26,999 nt of DNA from Verrucomicrobiota bacterium. GTDB taxonomy: Bacteria; Verrucomicrobiota; Verrucomicrobiia; Limisphaerales; SXQI01. The notes under the pieces are model-generated. The model was not told where the DNA came from. It saw only the letters and a program-made list of their open reading frames with translations, and ran no database searches. The stretch spans positions 1 to 26,999 of the forward strand of contig JANRLX010000079.1 in assembly GCA_033762115.1 (NCBI GenBank), read 5' to 3'. Shown here in pieces: positions 1-11,649 of this stretch. The position numbers and the translations under genes are program-made. Each line of letters begins with the position of its first letter. Position 1 is the first letter of the stretch.

Positions 1-2
1 CG

Positions 3-797
3 GCGCATCGTGGCGTGCGGCACATTCGCATTCCGACCACGACCTTGAGCCAGGACGATTCCGGGGTGGGGGTAAAAAATGGGATCAATGCATTTGGCAA
101 AAAGAATTTCATCGGGACTTTTGCCGTGCCATTTGCGGTGGTGAATGATTTTCAATTGCTTGGCTCTCTCTCACCCCGGGATAAACGAGCTGGTTATGTG
201 GAGGCTGTCAAGGTGGCCCTGATCCGCGATGCCCGCTTTTTTGAACAGATTGAGCAGGATGCCTTGCGCCTGCGGGATTTTCAGCCGGATGCGATGAAGC
301 GGCTGATTTTCCGTTCGGCTGAGCTGCATCTGAACCATATTGCGACATCAGGTGATCCATTTGAAATGGGTTCAGCACGGCCACTGGATTTTGGGCATTG
401 GGCTGCGCACAAGCTGGAGCAAATCTCGGAATATCGAATTCGCCATGGTGAAGCTGTGGCAATCGGCCTGGCCATGGATGTAATTTATTCCCGCAAGTCT
501 GGCTTTATTGATGCCTCGGTTGCCGAGCGTATTCTCAGTCTGCTTGAGACTCTGGGTTTCGATCTGTTCGCATCGGAATTGTTGCACTCGGATTCAAATG
601 GAGCCTTGATCGTCCTGAACGGTTTGGAGGAATTTCGGGAACATCTGGGTGGCGAATTGACGATTACGTTGCTGAAAGGAATCGGCGTTGGTTTTGAAGT
701 CCACGAAATTGAAATCGGCAGGATGTTGGAAGCCATCAGCGAGCTTTCACGACGTGAAACCACTCGTATTCGATTGCTGGATCGAGCCACGGCTTAA
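3..797 (+). CDS. eboD: EboD-type sugar-phosphate cyclase (3-dehydroquinate synthase-like), 5'-truncated by window edge
   Basis: The frame is open from base 3 (AHRGVRHIRIPTTTLSQDDSGVGVKNGIN), so the GTG at 15 is internal. DHQS-family motifs carry EboD-type variants: SQDDSGVGVKNG, GDPFEMGSARPLDFGHWAAHKLE, RHGEAVAIG, GLEEFREHLGGELTITLL. An eboF-like gene follows. Confidence 0.88.
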   Translation, partial: AHRGVRHIRIPTTTLSQDDSGVGVKNGINAFGKKNFIGTFAVPFAVVNDFQLLGSLSPRDKRAGYVEAVKVALIRDARFFEQIEQDALRLRDFQPDAMKRLIFRSAELHLNHIATSGDPFEMGSARPLDFGHWAAHKLEQISEYRIRHGEAVAIGLAMDVIYSRKSGFIDASVAERILSLLETLGFDLFASELLHSDSNGALIVLNGLEEFREHLGGELTITLLKGIGVGFEVHEIEIGRMLEAISELSRRETTRIRLLDRATA

Positions 798-810
798 CTC
801 TTAATGACTC

Positions 811-2205
811 GTGACCCGGACGGCTGTTATCAACGTGGTCGGACTCAGCGATTCACTCCTGGGCAGTCACACTCCCAATCTTCAAAAATTCGCAGCCCTG
901 CTTTCGCGCGGCACGATTGTTCCTGCTTTTCCGGCAGTCACATGCACTGCCCAATCAGATTACGTGACTGGTCTGTCCGCAAGCCATCATGGGATTGTGG
1001 GAAATGGGTGGTATAACCGCCAGATGGCGGAAGTGCAGTTCTGGAAACAATCCAACCATCTTGTCACCGCTCCCAAGATCTGGGATGAGTTGAAACGGCA
1101 GGATCCTTCCTTTACCTGCGCAAAATTGTTCTGGTGGTATAATATGTATTCCAGTGCGGACTACTCGATCACTCCACGCCCCATGTACCCGGCGGATGGT
1201 CGCAAGGTTTTCGATGTTTATACCTGGCCATTTTCAATTCGCACCGAGATCAAGAAGGAATTGGGAGAGTTTCCATTCCCGGCATTTTGGGGCCCCGCAG
1301 CGGGAATGCGTTCAGCACAGTTTGCTCCGGATGCTGTGTCAAAGTGGATCGCTGAATCCGCAAAATGGATTGAGAACCTTTATCACCCCACCCTGTCGCT
1401 CGTTTACCTGCCTCATCTTGATTACAACCTGCAACGGTTTGGCCCAAACCATCCTTCGATCAATGAGGATCTGGCGCAAATTGATGCAATTGTTGGTGAT
1501 CTGATCAAATTTTTTGAGAAATCCGGAGTGCAGGTGATCGTTCTCTCGGAGTATGGGATTACGGAAGTGGATCGCCCAATTCATTTGAATCGATTGTTTC
1601 GCCAGAAAGGTTGGCTGACGATTAAAGAGGAGTTGGGATTGGAATTGCTGGACGCAGGAGCAAGTAAGGCTTTTGCGGTGGCAGACCACCAGATTGCCCA
1701 TATTTACGTCAATGACCTATCAATTTTAAATAAAGTAAGGGAGGTAATTTCCCAGCAACAGGGTGTAGAGCAAATCCTTGGAGCCGAAGAGAAATCTATA
1801 AAGGGAATCGACCATGAACGTGCAGGTGACCTGATTGCAATTTCAGATACCCGCTCCTGGTTTACTTATTATTATTGGTTGGATGATGCATTGGCACCGG
1901 ATTTTGCACGATGCGTCGATATTCATCGAAAACCCGGTTACGACCCGGTGGAATTATTCATTGATCCTGCGCTGAAATTTCCAAAGCTAAAAATCGTTTC
2001 AAAGTTGCTAAAGAAAAAACTTGGGTTCCGGATGCTGATGGATGTGATTCCATTGGACGCAAACCTGGTCAAAGGATCGCACGGACGCGTTTCGGACAAT
2101 ATCTCTGAACAACCGGTGATTTTAGTCCAAAATCAAAAACTTCCTCGTTCACAAATTCAATCGACAGAGGTGTATAATATAATTCGGACTGCCGTTCGTG
2201 GTTGA
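811..2205 (+). CDS. eboF: EboF-type alkaline phosphatase-superfamily / nucleotide pyrophosphatase-phosphodiesterase protein
   Basis: 464 aa with VINVVGL, FPAVTCTAQS (nucleophile Thr region), HGIVGNGWY, LVYLPHLDY, LSEYG, VDIHRKPGYDPVELF and KGSHG. Starts 13 bp after eboD. Confidence 0.88.
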   Translation: MTRTAVINVVGLSDSLLGSHTPNLQKFAALLSRGTIVPAFPAVTCTAQSDYVTGLSASHHGIVGNGWYNRQMAEVQFWKQSNHLVTAPKIWDELKRQDPSFTCAKLFWWYNMYSSADYSITPRPMYPADGRKVFDVYTWPFSIRTEIKKELGEFPFPAFWGPAAGMRSAQFAPDAVSKWIAESAKWIENLYHPTLSLVYLPHLDYNLQRFGPNHPSINEDLAQIDAIVGDLIKFFEKSGVQVIVLSEYGITEVDRPIHLNRLFRQKGWLTIKEELGLELLDAGASKAFAVADHQIAHIYVNDLSILNKVREVISQQQGVEQILGAEEKSIKGIDHERAGDLIAISDTRSWFTYYYWLDDALAPDFARCVDIHRKPGYDPVELFIDPALKFPKLKIVSKLLKKKLGFRMLMDVIPLDANLVKGSHGRVSDNISEQPVILVQNQKLPRSQIQSTEVYNIIRTAVRG

Positions 2206-2257
2206 ACCAAACTTCGTAAACTTGCTTTGAACCGCAAGGTGGGCACACTCTGCTCTT

Positions 2258-3169
2258 GTGAGCACTACCGTCACAGAGTTGACGCAACAACTGATCGCCT
2301 CTTACGCACGCGTTGGAGGAATTAACCGATTGGATGCCGCGAACCTGCCATCCAAATGCGCGATTACCCAGGTAACTGAAGATTTGTTGAGACTTCTTTT
2401 TCCCGGCTTTTTTGATGACCGACCGATTCATTCATTTGATATCAAAATGGAAACGGCCAATCTCATGGATAGCGTCCAGGAACGGCTGGAGGAGGAAATT
2501 TTAAAAAGCCTCGAGTATTCAAAATCTGAAAAGCTCTCGATCCGCAGTCGTGCCCGAGAGATCAGCATGCAGTTTCTTTCCCGCCTTCCGTCTGTGCGGG
2601 AACTGCTTCAGACGGATGCGGAAGCAGCCTACAATGGGGACCCTGCGGCATTGAGCAAAGAAGAAGTGATCGTGGCTTACCCTTTCATTGAGGCAATCGC
2701 TGTTCAGCGACTTGCGCATGAACTTTATCAGCATGGGGTCGCCTTGATTCCCCGAATCATGACCGAGTGGGCGCACGCGCGGACTGGCATTGATATCCAT
2801 CCCGGCGCACAGATTGGCTCCCATTTTTTTATCGATCATGGCACTGGGACTGTCATTGGAGAAACCTGCGAGATTGGAAATCATGTAAAGATGTACCAGG
2901 GAGTTTCACTGGTGGCGCGGTCCCTTTCAGCGGGACAAATGCTCAAGGGAGTGAAGCGCCACCCAACTGTTGAGGACCATGTCACGATCTATGCAGGGGC
3001 CACAATCATTGGTGGTGAAACGGTCATCGGCAGTGGAAGCACGATAGGTGCAAATGTGTTCTTATTGCACAGTGTCCCCCCGAATACGCTGGTGGTTTAC
3101 GAAGAGGTCAATCTCAAATTCCTCAACAAGGCTGACCGTAAAGTCGATAAGGGCGACTTTGAAATTTAA
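2258..3169 (+). CDS. cysE: Serine O-acetyltransferase (CysE/EpsC type)
   Basis: 303 aa with GDPAA, TGIDIHPGAQIG, FFIDHGTGTVIGET, KRHPT and hexapeptide repeats. GTG start. Confidence 0.92.
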   Translation: MSTTVTELTQQLIASYARVGGINRLDAANLPSKCAITQVTEDLLRLLFPGFFDDRPIHSFDIKMETANLMDSVQERLEEEILKSLEYSKSEKLSIRSRAREISMQFLSRLPSVRELLQTDAEAAYNGDPAALSKEEVIVAYPFIEAIAVQRLAHELYQHGVALIPRIMTEWAHARTGIDIHPGAQIGSHFFIDHGTGTVIGETCEIGNHVKMYQGVSLVARSLSAGQMLKGVKRHPTVEDHVTIYAGATIIGGETVIGSGSTIGANVFLLHSVPPNTLVVYEEVNLKFLNKADRKVDKGDFEI

Positions 3170-3183
3170 TTTAATTCTCCGAG

Positions 3184-6100
3184 TCAGTGAGGTCGGCCGC
3201 AGCCGCAGGTCACCCCTGGAACCGGAGCGATGGGAGTCACCTGGTCAGGATCATAGCCAAGGTTGGGGCCAAGCCATCGTTCAGTGGTTTGCAAATCCAT
3301 TTTCTTGCGCAAATGGTAATCCAGCACCTGGTCTCGATCTATTTTGCCGACTCCAAAATACTTCGATTCAGGATGGGCGAAATATAATCCACTGACACTC
3401 CCAGCGGGCCACATCGCGCAACTTTCCGTCAGTTTAATCCCGGCATTTTTCTCCACTTGAAGCAATTGCCAGAGGATCTGTTTTTCCGTGTGGTCCGGAC
3501 AGGCAGGGTAACCGGCTGCCGGACGGATTCCGCGATATTTTTCCCGGATCAAGTCATCGTTGGAGAGGTTCTCGTTTTTTCCATATCCCCACTCTTCACG
3601 GACACGTTTGTGGAGGCATTCGGCAAATGCTTCAGCCAAACGATCTCCCAAAGCCTTGGCCATGATTGAATTGTAGTCATCATGGTCCTTCTCGAATTTC
3701 CTGGCCAACTCATCCACTCCATGCCCCGCAGTAACAGCAAACGCTCCCAGGTAATCGCCACGTCCACTTTCCTTCGGGGCGATAAAATCAGAAAGCGCAT
3801 GGTTGAACTGATCCGCTGGTTTATCCATTTGCTGGCGCAGCGTGTGAAATTTCGTCAGTAGTTCGCTACGACTTTCGTCAGTGTAAATTTCAATATCATC
3901 ACCCACAGAATTGGCAGGAAAAAACCCGTAAACTGCGCGGGCACTGAAGAGTTTTTGATCGATGATCAAATTAAGCAGTTTTTTTGCATCATCGAACAGC
4001 TCTCTGGCCTTTGGTCCCACTTCCGCATCATCAAAGATGGAAGGATATCTGCCGCGTAATTCCCATGTGTGAAAAAATGGGGACCAGTCAATGAACGCCG
4101 CGATCTGCTCCAGCGGAAAATCCTCCAGCGTTTTGATCCCGGTGAATTCAGGTTTGGGGATATCAATGCTGTTCCAGTCACATGGGGTCCTCCGTTTCCG
4201 TGCTTCCTCAATTGAAAGAAGAGGCTTGCCCGTTTTTTGGGATGCATGAGCAACACGCAGTTTTTCCTGTTCTTCCCGATTTTTTTGAGCATACGCACCC
4301 CGCAAATCATTGCTCATCAGGCTTCCCACCACACCCACCGCGCGTGACGCATCCAGGACATGCACAACCGGATGCTGATATCCAGGGGCAATTTTAACGG
4401 CGGTGTGGGCACGACTGGTGGTTGCGCCACCGATCAAAAGAGGAATGCTCATTCCCTCCCGTTGCATCTCCTTCGCAACATGCACCATTTCATCCAGTGA
4501 AGGAGTAATCAGGCCGCTCAATCCAATGATATCCGCCTGCACTTCCCTGGCTTTATCCAAAATCTTTTCACAGGAAACCATCACTCCCAGGTCAATGATT
4601 TCATAATTATTGCACCCGAGCACAACCCCAACAATGTTCTTCCCAATGTCATGCACATCCCCTTTTACAGTTGCCATGACAATTCTCCCTTGAGGCTTGG
4701 ATCCTCCCGATAACCGCTTCTCCTCCTCCATGAATGGAAGTAGATAAGCGACTGCCTTTTTCATGACGCGGGCGCTTTTAACCACCTGGGGGAGAAACAT
4801 TTTTCCTGCTCCAAACAAATCCCCAACAACGTTCATCCCGGACATCAGCGGACCTTCGATGACAAGGAGTGGTCGCTCATACTTTTGGCGCGCTTCCTCC
4901 GTATCAACATCAATGTAGTCGATGATTCCTTTTACGAGCGCGTGGCTGAGCCGTTCTTCAACTGTTCCTTTGCGCCACTCATCCTCGACAACTTCTGCTT
5001 TGTCTTTTTTCTTCACTGAATCGGCAAACTTGATCAGCCGTTCGGTAGCGTCCGGACGTCGATTCAGCAGGACATCCTCAACCAATTCCAGCAAGTCCCT
5101 GGGAATTTCTTCATACACCTCAAGCATCCCGGCGTTAACGATTCCCATGTCCATCCCTGCTTTGATCGCGTGATAAAGAAATGCGCTGTGCATCGCTTCA
5201 CGCACTACATTGTTGCCCCGGAAAGAGAAGGAGATATTGCTGACCCCTCCACTTACCTTGCAATGCGGCAGGGTTTGCTTGATCGCGCGCGTCGCTTCGA
5301 TGAAATCGACGGCATAATTATTATGCTCTTCCATCCCCGTTGCGACCGTCAGGATATTTGGATCAAAAATAATGTCCTGCGGCGGGAAACCCACTTTTTC
5401 AGTCAACAATTTGTAGGAACGAGTGCAGATTTCGACTTTGCGTTTAGCTGTGTCCGCCTGCCCGACCTCGTCAAAGGCCATGACCACGACGGCGGCACCA
5501 TACCGGCGGATCAGTCTGGCTTGGTGAAGAAATTTTTCTTCACCTTCCTTCAGCGAAATGGAATTTACAATCGCCTTGCCCTGAATGCATTTCAGACCGG
5601 CTTCCAACACGCTCCATTTCGAGCTGTCCACCATGATCGGGACACGGGCAATATCCGGTTCTGAGGCGATCAGGTTCAGGAAATGAACCATCGTCTTCTC
5701 AGAATCGATCATTCCCTCATCCATATTGACATCGATGATCTGAGCGCCGCCTTCGACCTGCTGCCGAGCAATGGCCAGAGCCTCCTCAAATTGGCCGCCG
5801 AGGATCAGTTTTGAAAATTTGGGAGAGCCGGTAATATTCGTGCGCTCCCCCACATTGACGAAATTGGTGTTGGGGCGAATGGTCAATGGTTCCAGGCCAC
5901 TCAGCCGTGTCCATGGTTCAATGGTAGGGGGAACACGCGGCAGGAATGGTTTCACGGCTTCAGCAATCGCCTTGATGTGTGGCGGTGTGGTCCCGCAACA
6001 ACCACCCACAATATTCAACCAGCCCTGCTCCGCAAAATCCTTGATTTTGGGAGCCATGGTCTCAGGAGTCTCAGGAAAACCAGTGGGTGACATGGGGTCT

Positions 6101-6930
6101 GGCAAACCGGCGTTGGGATAGCAGCTCACATAAATGGGAGCCAACCGCGACAACTCCTCAATAAATGGACGCATCTCTTTCGGCCCGAGTGCGCAATTAA
6201 TTCCCACACTCAATAACTCCATGTGAGAGATCGAGTTCCAATATGCTTCCACGGTCTGCCCCGAAAGGGTCCGTCCACTACCATCTGTAATGGTAAATGA
6301 AACCATCACCGGAATGCGCCGCCTTGTTTCCGTAAAAAACTGGTCGATCGCAAACAAAGCCGCCTTGGAATTCAGGGAATCGAAAACCGTTTCCACCAGC
6401 AACAGATCAGAACCGCCATCCAGCAAACCACGAACCTGCTCAGTGTAGGCGGCTACAAGTTCATCATAAGTCACTCCACGGGCGGCAGGATCATTTACGT
6501 CAGGAGAAATTGTAGCCGTTTTTGTTGTGGGACCAAGAGCACCTGCCACAAAACAGAGCCGACCCGGCTGCGCCTTCATGATGGCATCGGCCGCCAGACG
6601 GGCATTTCTAGCACCAGCGAGGTTTAATTCATAGCCCAACGAAACCAGGTCGTAATCTGCCAGTGAAATTTCATTTGAATTAAAAGTATTTGTTTCGATG
6701 ATATCCGCACCAGCTTCAAGGTATTGCCGATGAATCTCCTGGATAATATGCGGCTGCGTCAGGGAAAGAAGATCATTGTTTCCCTTCTGGTCTTTGGAAG
6801 CATTCTTAAACCGTTCTCCGCGATACTGTTCCTCAGAAAGCTTGTATCGCTGAATCATCGTTCCCATCGCACCATCGATAATGAGGATGCGCTTTTTTAG
6901 GAGCTGATGAATAGGATGCTGGTCACTCAT
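3184..6930 (-). CDS. metH: Cobalamin-dependent methionine synthase
   Basis: [19 protein letters not shown] (Zn/homocysteine domain), NVGERTN (pterin domain), GDVHDIGKN (B12 His) and [14 protein letters not shown] (reactivation domain). ATG 6930 (MSDQHPIH) is preferred over the TTG at 6969. Confidence 0.97.
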   Translation of the reverse strand: MSDQHPIHQLLKKRILIIDGAMGTMIQRYKLSEEQYRGERFKNASKDQKGNNDLLSLTQPHIIQEIHRQYLEAGADIIETNTFNSNEISLADYDLVSLGYELNLAGARNARLAADAIMKAQPGRLCFVAGALGPTTKTATISPDVNDPAARGVTYDELVAAYTEQVRGLLDGGSDLLLVETVFDSLNSKAALFAIDQFFTETRRRIPVMVSFTITDGSGRTLSGQTVEAYWNSISHMELLSVGINCALGPKEMRPFIEELSRLAPIYVSCYPNAGLPDPMSPTGFPETPETMAPKIKDFAEQGWLNIVGGCCGTTPPHIKAIAEAVKPFLPRVPPTIEPWTRLSGLEPLTIRPNTNFVNVGERTNITGSPKFSKLILGGQFEEALAIARQQVEGGAQIIDVNMDEGMIDSEKTMVHFLNLIASEPDIARVPIMVDSSKWSVLEAGLKCIQGKAIVNSISLKEGEEKFLHQARLIRRYGAAVVVMAFDEVGQADTAKRKVEICTRSYKLLTEKVGFPPQDIIFDPNILTVATGMEEHNNYAVDFIEATRAIKQTLPHCKVSGGVSNISFSFRGNNVVREAMHSAFLYHAIKAGMDMGIVNAGMLEVYEEIPRDLLELVEDVLLNRRPDATERLIKFADSVKKKDKAEVVEDEWRKGTVEERLSHALVKGIIDYIDVDTEEARQKYERPLLVIEGPLMSGMNVVGDLFGAGKMFLPQVVKSARVMKKAVAYLLPFMEEEKRLSGGSKPQGRIVMATVKGDVHDIGKNIVGVVLGCNNYEIIDLGVMVSCEKILDKAREVQADIIGLSGLITPSLDEMVHVAKEMQREGMSIPLLIGGATTSRAHTAVKIAPGYQHPVVHVLDASRAVGVVGSLMSNDLRGAYAQKNREEQEKLRVAHASQKTGKPLLSIEEARKRRTPCDWNSIDIPKPEFTGIKTLEDFPLEQIAAFIDWSPFFHTWELRGRYPSIFDDAEVGPKARELFDDAKKLLNLIIDQKLFSARAVYGFFPANSVGDDIEIYTDESRSELLTKFHTLRQQMDKPADQFNHALSDFIAPKESGRGDYLGAFAVTAGHGVDELARKFEKDHDDYNSIMAKALGDRLAEAFAECLHKRVREEWGYGKNENLSNDDLIREKYRGIRPAAGYPACPDHTEKQILWQLLQVEKNAGIKLTESCAMWPAGSVSGLYFAHPESKYFGVGKIDRDQVLDYHLRKKMDLQTTERWLGPNLGYDPDQVTPIAPVPGVTCGCGRPH

Positions 6931-7001
6931 GATTAAGGAGAGGATGGAACGAAAACATACAAAAATCAATATATAAATATCTTTTAATTCGGATTTGACG
7001 A

Positions 7002-10000
7002 TTATTCAGGTGGACGTAAGGTAAGCATCAAGTCCTTTGTCTCGACTGTTTCCCCTGTTCCGATATGGATCGCGTCCACAATTCCATCGCAAGGCGCGTA
7101 AATCGTTGTTTGCATTTTCATGGCTTCCAACGTCAACAGCTTGTCTCCTTTAGCCACCTTCGTTTGGAGACTGACATTGAGATTCGTAATCAACCCTGGA
7201 ATTGGAGCACCGACCTGCAACAGATTGTCAGGGTCGGCTTTTGGGCGGGCTTTGACCTTTGGTTGGATGGATTTATCAAAAACCGTTGCCTCTCGCGGCA
7301 TTCCATTCAGTTCAAAGAGGAGAACACGAGAACCATCCTTGTCCGGCGCACCGATATTGATCAATTTGATGAACAAGGTTTTCCCCGGCTCAATTTCAAC
7401 AGAAATCTCCTCGCCAAGTTTTAGGCCATACAGGAAGGCGGTGGTGGGAAGAACAGAAACATCACTGAATTCACGGTTAAATTTGACGAAATCCGCAAAG
7501 ACTTGTGGATACATCAAATGACTGTAGAGATCGTCAATTGTGACCTCACGCTTCAGTTTTGTGGCAAGTTCCTGGGTGGTCTTTCCAAAGTTCAGCGGAG
7601 CCATCCCTTCGCCGGGACGACCTTCCCTGGCTTTTCGTTTCCCAAGCACCACCTTTTGGACATCTGCTGGCCATCCGCCCATCGGTTGCCCCAATCCCCC
7701 GGAAAGCATATCGATGACTGATTCCGGGAAAGCGGTCCCGGGTTCAAGGTTTGCCACATCAGCCGCCCGGATTCCCCTGGTGATCAGGAACATCGTCATG
7801 TCCCCCACCACTTTTGAGCTGGGAGTGACTTTGACAATATCCCCGAATAACTGGTTAACGTCCGCATAACAGCGGGCGATCTCAGGCCATCGGTGGGCAA
7901 GTCCCATGCTGGCGGCCTGTTCTTTTAGATTTGTGTACTGCCCACCCGGCATTTCATGCAGATAAACTTCCGCGCTTCCAGTTTTGGGGGCCGTGTCGAA
8001 CGGGGCATAAACCGTCCTGACCTCTTCCCAATAATCCGAAAACTGGTTTAATGCTGTTAAATCCAACCCAGTATCGCGCCCCGTATTTTGGAGTGCGGCC
8101 ACAATCGAATTCAGGTTGGGCTGACTGGTCGAGCCTGACATGGAAGCCAGTGCCAAATCGACCACGTCCACCCCGGCATCACTCGCCTGGAGAATTGAAG
8201 CGGAATTGACCCCACTCGTATCATGCGTATGGAAATGGACAGGAATTGAAATTTCTTCCTTCAAGGCTTTTACCAAAGCATGGGCGGCGTAAGGACGGCA
8301 CAGTCCGGCCATGTCCTTGATCGCCAGGAAATGAGCTCCCATTTTCTGCAATTCCTTTGCAAGCTTTAGGTAATACTTAATGGAGTATTTTGTTTTTCGT
8401 GGGTCAAGAATATCACCGGTATAACAAATCGCTCCTTCACAAATAGCGTGCGTTTCCTGGACCGCCTCCATCGCGACCTTGAGATTGGGGAGATAATTCA
8501 AGGAATCAAAAATCCTGAAGATATCAATCCCCTGCCCTGCGGCATGTTTGACAAACCCAGCAACCACGTTATCCGGGTAATTCGAGTAGCCTACCGCATT
8601 CGATCCACGGAAAAGCATCTGAAAACAGATGTTCGGAATCTTTTCCCGCAACTGCCGCAACCGCTCCCACGGATCTTCATGCAGAAACCGCATTGCGGTA
8701 TCGAACGTGGCCCCTCCCCACATTTCCATGCTGAATAGTCCCGGAGTCCGGCAGGCCACAGCATCAGCGATTGCGAGCATGTCATAAGTACGAACACGGG
8801 TGGCCATCAAAGACTGGTGCGCATCCCGAAAAGTAGTGTCAGTGATGAGCAATCGCTTCTGCTTCAAGGTCCACTCGGCAAACTTCTTCTGGCCAAGTTC
8901 CTGAAGTAATTGACGAGTGCCAGGAGGAGGCGCCGTTTTGCGATCCATCTTTGGGGGAACAGGCGCTACAGGCGGCGTTTTGGGAATAAATCCTTTGACC
9001 TGCGGATTCCCGTTGACGCTCACATCGCCAATGAATGCCAATAGTTTTGTCGCACGGTCCCGTCGAGGCTTGAACGTCAGCAGCTCCGGAGTGGTGTCAA
9101 TCAGGGTTGTGGTGGCGTTCCCGGCGCGAAACGTGTCATTGGCAATGAGGTTTTCAAGAAAAGGAATGTTCGTTTTGACACCACGAATTCGAAACTCACG
9201 CAGCGCTCGGTCCATCCGTTGAAGCGCATTGGAAAAATCGCGGCCCGAAGCGGTCACCTTTACCAATAAGGAATCATAAAATGGAGTAATGACACTCCCT
9301 GCTTCACCCATCGCTCCATCAAGGCGGATTCCAAACCCAGCCGCAGAACGATAAGTAAGAATACGTCCGTAATTGGGAGTAAATTTTTGCTCCGGATCTT
9401 CAGTAGTCACACGGCATTGCACGGCAAAACCGTTGCGCGGGATATTTTCCTGTGACGGCAAATCCAAAACCTTGCCATGCAAAGCTGCCCCCTGGGCCAC
9501 CAGAATTTGCGCTCTGACAAGATCGATCCCGGTAATGACCTCAGTTACCGTGTGCTCGACTTGGATCCGGGGATTCATTTCGATAAAAAACCATTCGTTT
9601 GTATCGATGTTCAGGAGAAATTCGACCGTGCCCGCATTGTCATATCCCACTTCTCGGGCAATTTTTACCGCCGCATTACAAAGAGCTTCGCGCACCGAGT
9701 CTGAAAGATTAACTGAAGGAGCAATCTCGACGACTTTTTGATGGCGCCGCTGGACCGAACAATCCCGCTCATGGAGATGGAGGACGTTCCCATGCTTGTC
9801 ACCGAGGACCTGCACTTCAATATGCTTGGCGCGTGGAATATAGCGTTCCAAAAAGACTGCTGGATTCCCAAAGGCGCGTCCTGCCTCATTACGTGCTTCA
9901 TCCAAAAAATTCGCAAGATCGCCCGCCTTTTCAACCACACGCATTCCTCGACCGCCGCCGCCAAAGGCTGCTTTGATAATTAGTGGGAAGCCAATTTCCT

Positions 10001-10520
10001 TCCCAATCCTCAAGGCTTCGGCGCGATCCTCCACCGGATTTTCCGTACCCGGCAACGTCGGAACAGAGACTTTTTGGGCGAGCCCGCGCGCGGCAACTTT
10101 ATCACCCATTAACGCAAGCAGTTCCGGGCGAGGGCCTACAAAAATAATTCCTGCGGCTTCGCAAGCGCGGGCAAATTCGGCATTTTCTGAGAGAAAACCG
10201 TAACCCGGATGGATCATGGTCACCCCTTTTTCCACGGCCAGTGCCACAATTCCCGGAATGTCCAGGTAAGCCCCGACCGGTCCTTTGCCTTCACCCACCA
10301 GATAGGCTTCATCCGCCTTGAACCGGTGAACGGAAAGGCGGTCCTCCTGGGCGTATATCGCAACTGTTCGCAATCCCAATTCAGTTGCGGCGCGAAAAAC
10401 GCGAATGGCAATTTCGCTGCGATTAGCGACAAGTAATTTATGTTGGATCTGAACCACGGGCTGGCTTCCTTTAGAAATCCCTGGCTGTCCCGATGCTCGA
10501 GTTCGTGAGGACGTCGTCAT
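7002..10520 (-). CDS. pyc: Pyruvate carboxylase (single-chain BC-CT-BCCP)
   Basis: 1172 aa. Biotin carboxylase motifs [41 protein letters not shown]; carboxyltransferase motifs RDAHQS, WGGATFD, HFHTHD; biotinylation motif EAMKM. Confidence 0.97.
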   Translation of the reverse strand: MTTSSRTRASGQPGISKGSQPVVQIQHKLLVANRSEIAIRVFRAATELGLRTVAIYAQEDRLSVHRFKADEAYLVGEGKGPVGAYLDIPGIVALAVEKGVTMIHPGYGFLSENAEFARACEAAGIIFVGPRPELLALMGDKVAARGLAQKVSVPTLPGTENPVEDRAEALRIGKEIGFPLIIKAAFGGGGRGMRVVEKAGDLANFLDEARNEAGRAFGNPAVFLERYIPRAKHIEVQVLGDKHGNVLHLHERDCSVQRRHQKVVEIAPSVNLSDSVREALCNAAVKIAREVGYDNAGTVEFLLNIDTNEWFFIEMNPRIQVEHTVTEVITGIDLVRAQILVAQGAALHGKVLDLPSQENIPRNGFAVQCRVTTEDPEQKFTPNYGRILTYRSAAGFGIRLDGAMGEAGSVITPFYDSLLVKVTASGRDFSNALQRMDRALREFRIRGVKTNIPFLENLIANDTFRAGNATTTLIDTTPELLTFKPRRDRATKLLAFIGDVSVNGNPQVKGFIPKTPPVAPVPPKMDRKTAPPPGTRQLLQELGQKKFAEWTLKQKRLLITDTTFRDAHQSLMATRVRTYDMLAIADAVACRTPGLFSMEMWGGATFDTAMRFLHEDPWERLRQLREKIPNICFQMLFRGSNAVGYSNYPDNVVAGFVKHAAGQGIDIFRIFDSLNYLPNLKVAMEAVQETHAICEGAICYTGDILDPRKTKYSIKYYLKLAKELQKMGAHFLAIKDMAGLCRPYAAHALVKALKEEISIPVHFHTHDTSGVNSASILQASDAGVDVVDLALASMSGSTSQPNLNSIVAALQNTGRDTGLDLTALNQFSDYWEEVRTVYAPFDTAPKTGSAEVYLHEMPGGQYTNLKEQAASMGLAHRWPEIARCYADVNQLFGDIVKVTPSSKVVGDMTMFLITRGIRAADVANLEPGTAFPESVIDMLSGGLGQPMGGWPADVQKVVLGKRKAREGRPGEGMAPLNFGKTTQELATKLKREVTIDDLYSHLMYPQVFADFVKFNREFSDVSVLPTTAFLYGLKLGEEISVEIEPGKTLFIKLINIGAPDKDGSRVLLFELNGMPREATVFDKSIQPKVKARPKADPDNLLQVGAPIPGLITNLNVSLQTKVAKGDKLLTLEAMKMQTTIYAPCDGIVDAIHIGTGETVETKDLMLTLRPPE

Positions 10521-10528
10521 TTCGGCAG

Positions 10529-10557
10529 TTTATAAAGCAACACTCGTGAGGTTGCAA
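10529..10557 (-). promoter_or_regulatory. Putative sigma70-like promoter of pyc
   Basis: Minus strand reads TTGCAA-N17-TATAAA(CT), then 8 nt to the ATG at 10520. No Shine-Dalgarno sequence. Confidence 0.45.
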
Positions 10558-10568
10558 AGTGTAACCTC
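10548..10568. promoter_or_regulatory. Inverted repeat between the WYL stop and pyc, overlapping the putative pyc -35 element
   Basis: GAGGTTGCA-AAG-TGTAACCTC, with 8 of 9 arm positions matching. No U-tract follows on either strand. Confidence 0.4.
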
Positions 10569-10575
10569 AACTTGC

Positions 10576-11592
10576 TCAATGAATTCGCTGATCGGTGGTG
10601 TACCGGCTGACAATCGCCCTCCCAATCTCCCGGATCGCATCGGCAAGCACCGGAGGTTGAACCACCTGGACTTGCGCGCCCCAATTCAAAATCCAGCGTT
10701 GAATTTCCTCCAGTCCGGACAACCTGAATTGAAGTTCAACACCCCCTCCCTCGAGTTCTCGCAATACCTGGGATTGATGCCAGCGTTTCTCCCGAATATA
10801 ATCAGCCACTTCGGGATCGAACCGCAATATCACATCATGCTCCCCTCGCCCGGAGCGCACGCCAAAACTTCCCGCGAGGTTCTTCTCCATTGAAAAATTC
10901 GCAGGTCTTTTGAAAAGCTTGCCGGTCAATTCCACATTCTTGATTCGCGCAGGAACAAAAGTGCGGATATCCTTGCGAAGGTGATCGTAAGCGAACAAAA
11001 ACCACTCCCCGTTCACGTTAGCGAGTTGGTATGGGTCAATTAACCGGGACTCGGCCGTTTTAGCGCCGGGCTTTTGGTAATTGATTCGCAGTTGCTTCCG
11101 ATCAGCCGCAGCTTTTGAAATCTGATTGAACACTTCCAAATTGATCACCGGCTCAACACTGCTGCGGAATGTTACCGCCTTGTCCCACTCGCTGAGCTGG
11201 ATTGAAATCGTGTCCGGCAGGGATTCGGTCATCTTCTGAAACGCTCGCATTAAAGGTTTCTCGAAGCTTGTCCCGCGATATTGATGCAACGCTTTTTCCG
11301 CCACCAGCAGGGCAAACATCTCCCCTTCACTAATCTGGATTGCAGGAAAATCACTGACCTCCTCGGTGTAAAACCATCCCTTTCGAACTGGATCAAATTC
11401 CAGGGGAAACCCCAGTCGGTCACGCATGAAATCAATGTCCCGCTGAATCGATTTATAAGAAACCTCCATTTCACGGGCCAGGGAGGTGCAGTTGGGATAT
11501 TTCCCACCGGAAATGGCCTGGTGAATCTGCATGATCCGCTCCATCGCAGGGCGGGCTCGAACCGTCAGCAGTTTGGTTTCGGGTCGGGGCAT
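10576..11592 (-). CDS. WYL-domain transcriptional regulator (wHTH-WYL-WCX, YafY-like)
   Basis: N-terminal wHTH (PNCTSLAREMEVSYKSIQRDIDFMRD), WYL domain (RLIDPYQL...EWFLFAYDHLRKDIRTFVPARI) and WCX domain (EIQRWILNWGAQVQVVQPPVL). ATG 11592 is preferred because the TTG 11637 extension runs through a terminator hairpin. Confidence 0.92.
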   Translation of the reverse strand: MPRPETKLLTVRARPAMERIMQIHQAISGGKYPNCTSLAREMEVSYKSIQRDIDFMRDRLGFPLEFDPVRKGWFYTEEVSDFPAIQISEGEMFALLVAEKALHQYRGTSFEKPLMRAFQKMTESLPDTISIQLSEWDKAVTFRSSVEPVINLEVFNQISKAAADRKQLRINYQKPGAKTAESRLIDPYQLANVNGEWFLFAYDHLRKDIRTFVPARIKNVELTGKLFKRPANFSMEKNLAGSFGVRSGRGEHDVILRFDPEVADYIREKRWHQSQVLRELEGGGVELQFRLSGLEEIQRWILNWGAQVQVVQPPVLADAIREIGRAIVSRYTTDQRIH

Positions 11593-11605
11593 GGACTGCT
11601 TCAAC

Positions 11606-11632
11606 AAAAAAGCCCTCGTTTTCACGAGGGCT
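11606..11632 (-). terminator. Intrinsic terminator downstream of rho
   Basis: Minus strand AGCCCTCGT-GAAA-ACGAGGGCT then TTTTT: a perfect 9-bp stem with a GNRA loop and U-tract, 17 nt after the rho stop. Confidence 0.85.
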
Positions 11633-11649
11633 GCCAAAAATGTTATGGA

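Noticed and set aside
3..797. Calling the first ORF aroB
   Set aside because: The motif variants and the adjacent eboF fit EboD, and no shikimate-pathway neighbours are visible.
10576..11592. WYL gene as a marker of a defence island or CRISPR locus
   Set aside because: The neighbours are housekeeping genes, and I saw no cas, RM, BREX or toxin genes or repeat-spacer arrays.
11593..11637. TTG-initiated N-terminal extension of the WYL ORF
   Set aside because: It runs through the rho terminator hairpin and U-tract; ATG 11592 is more plausible.
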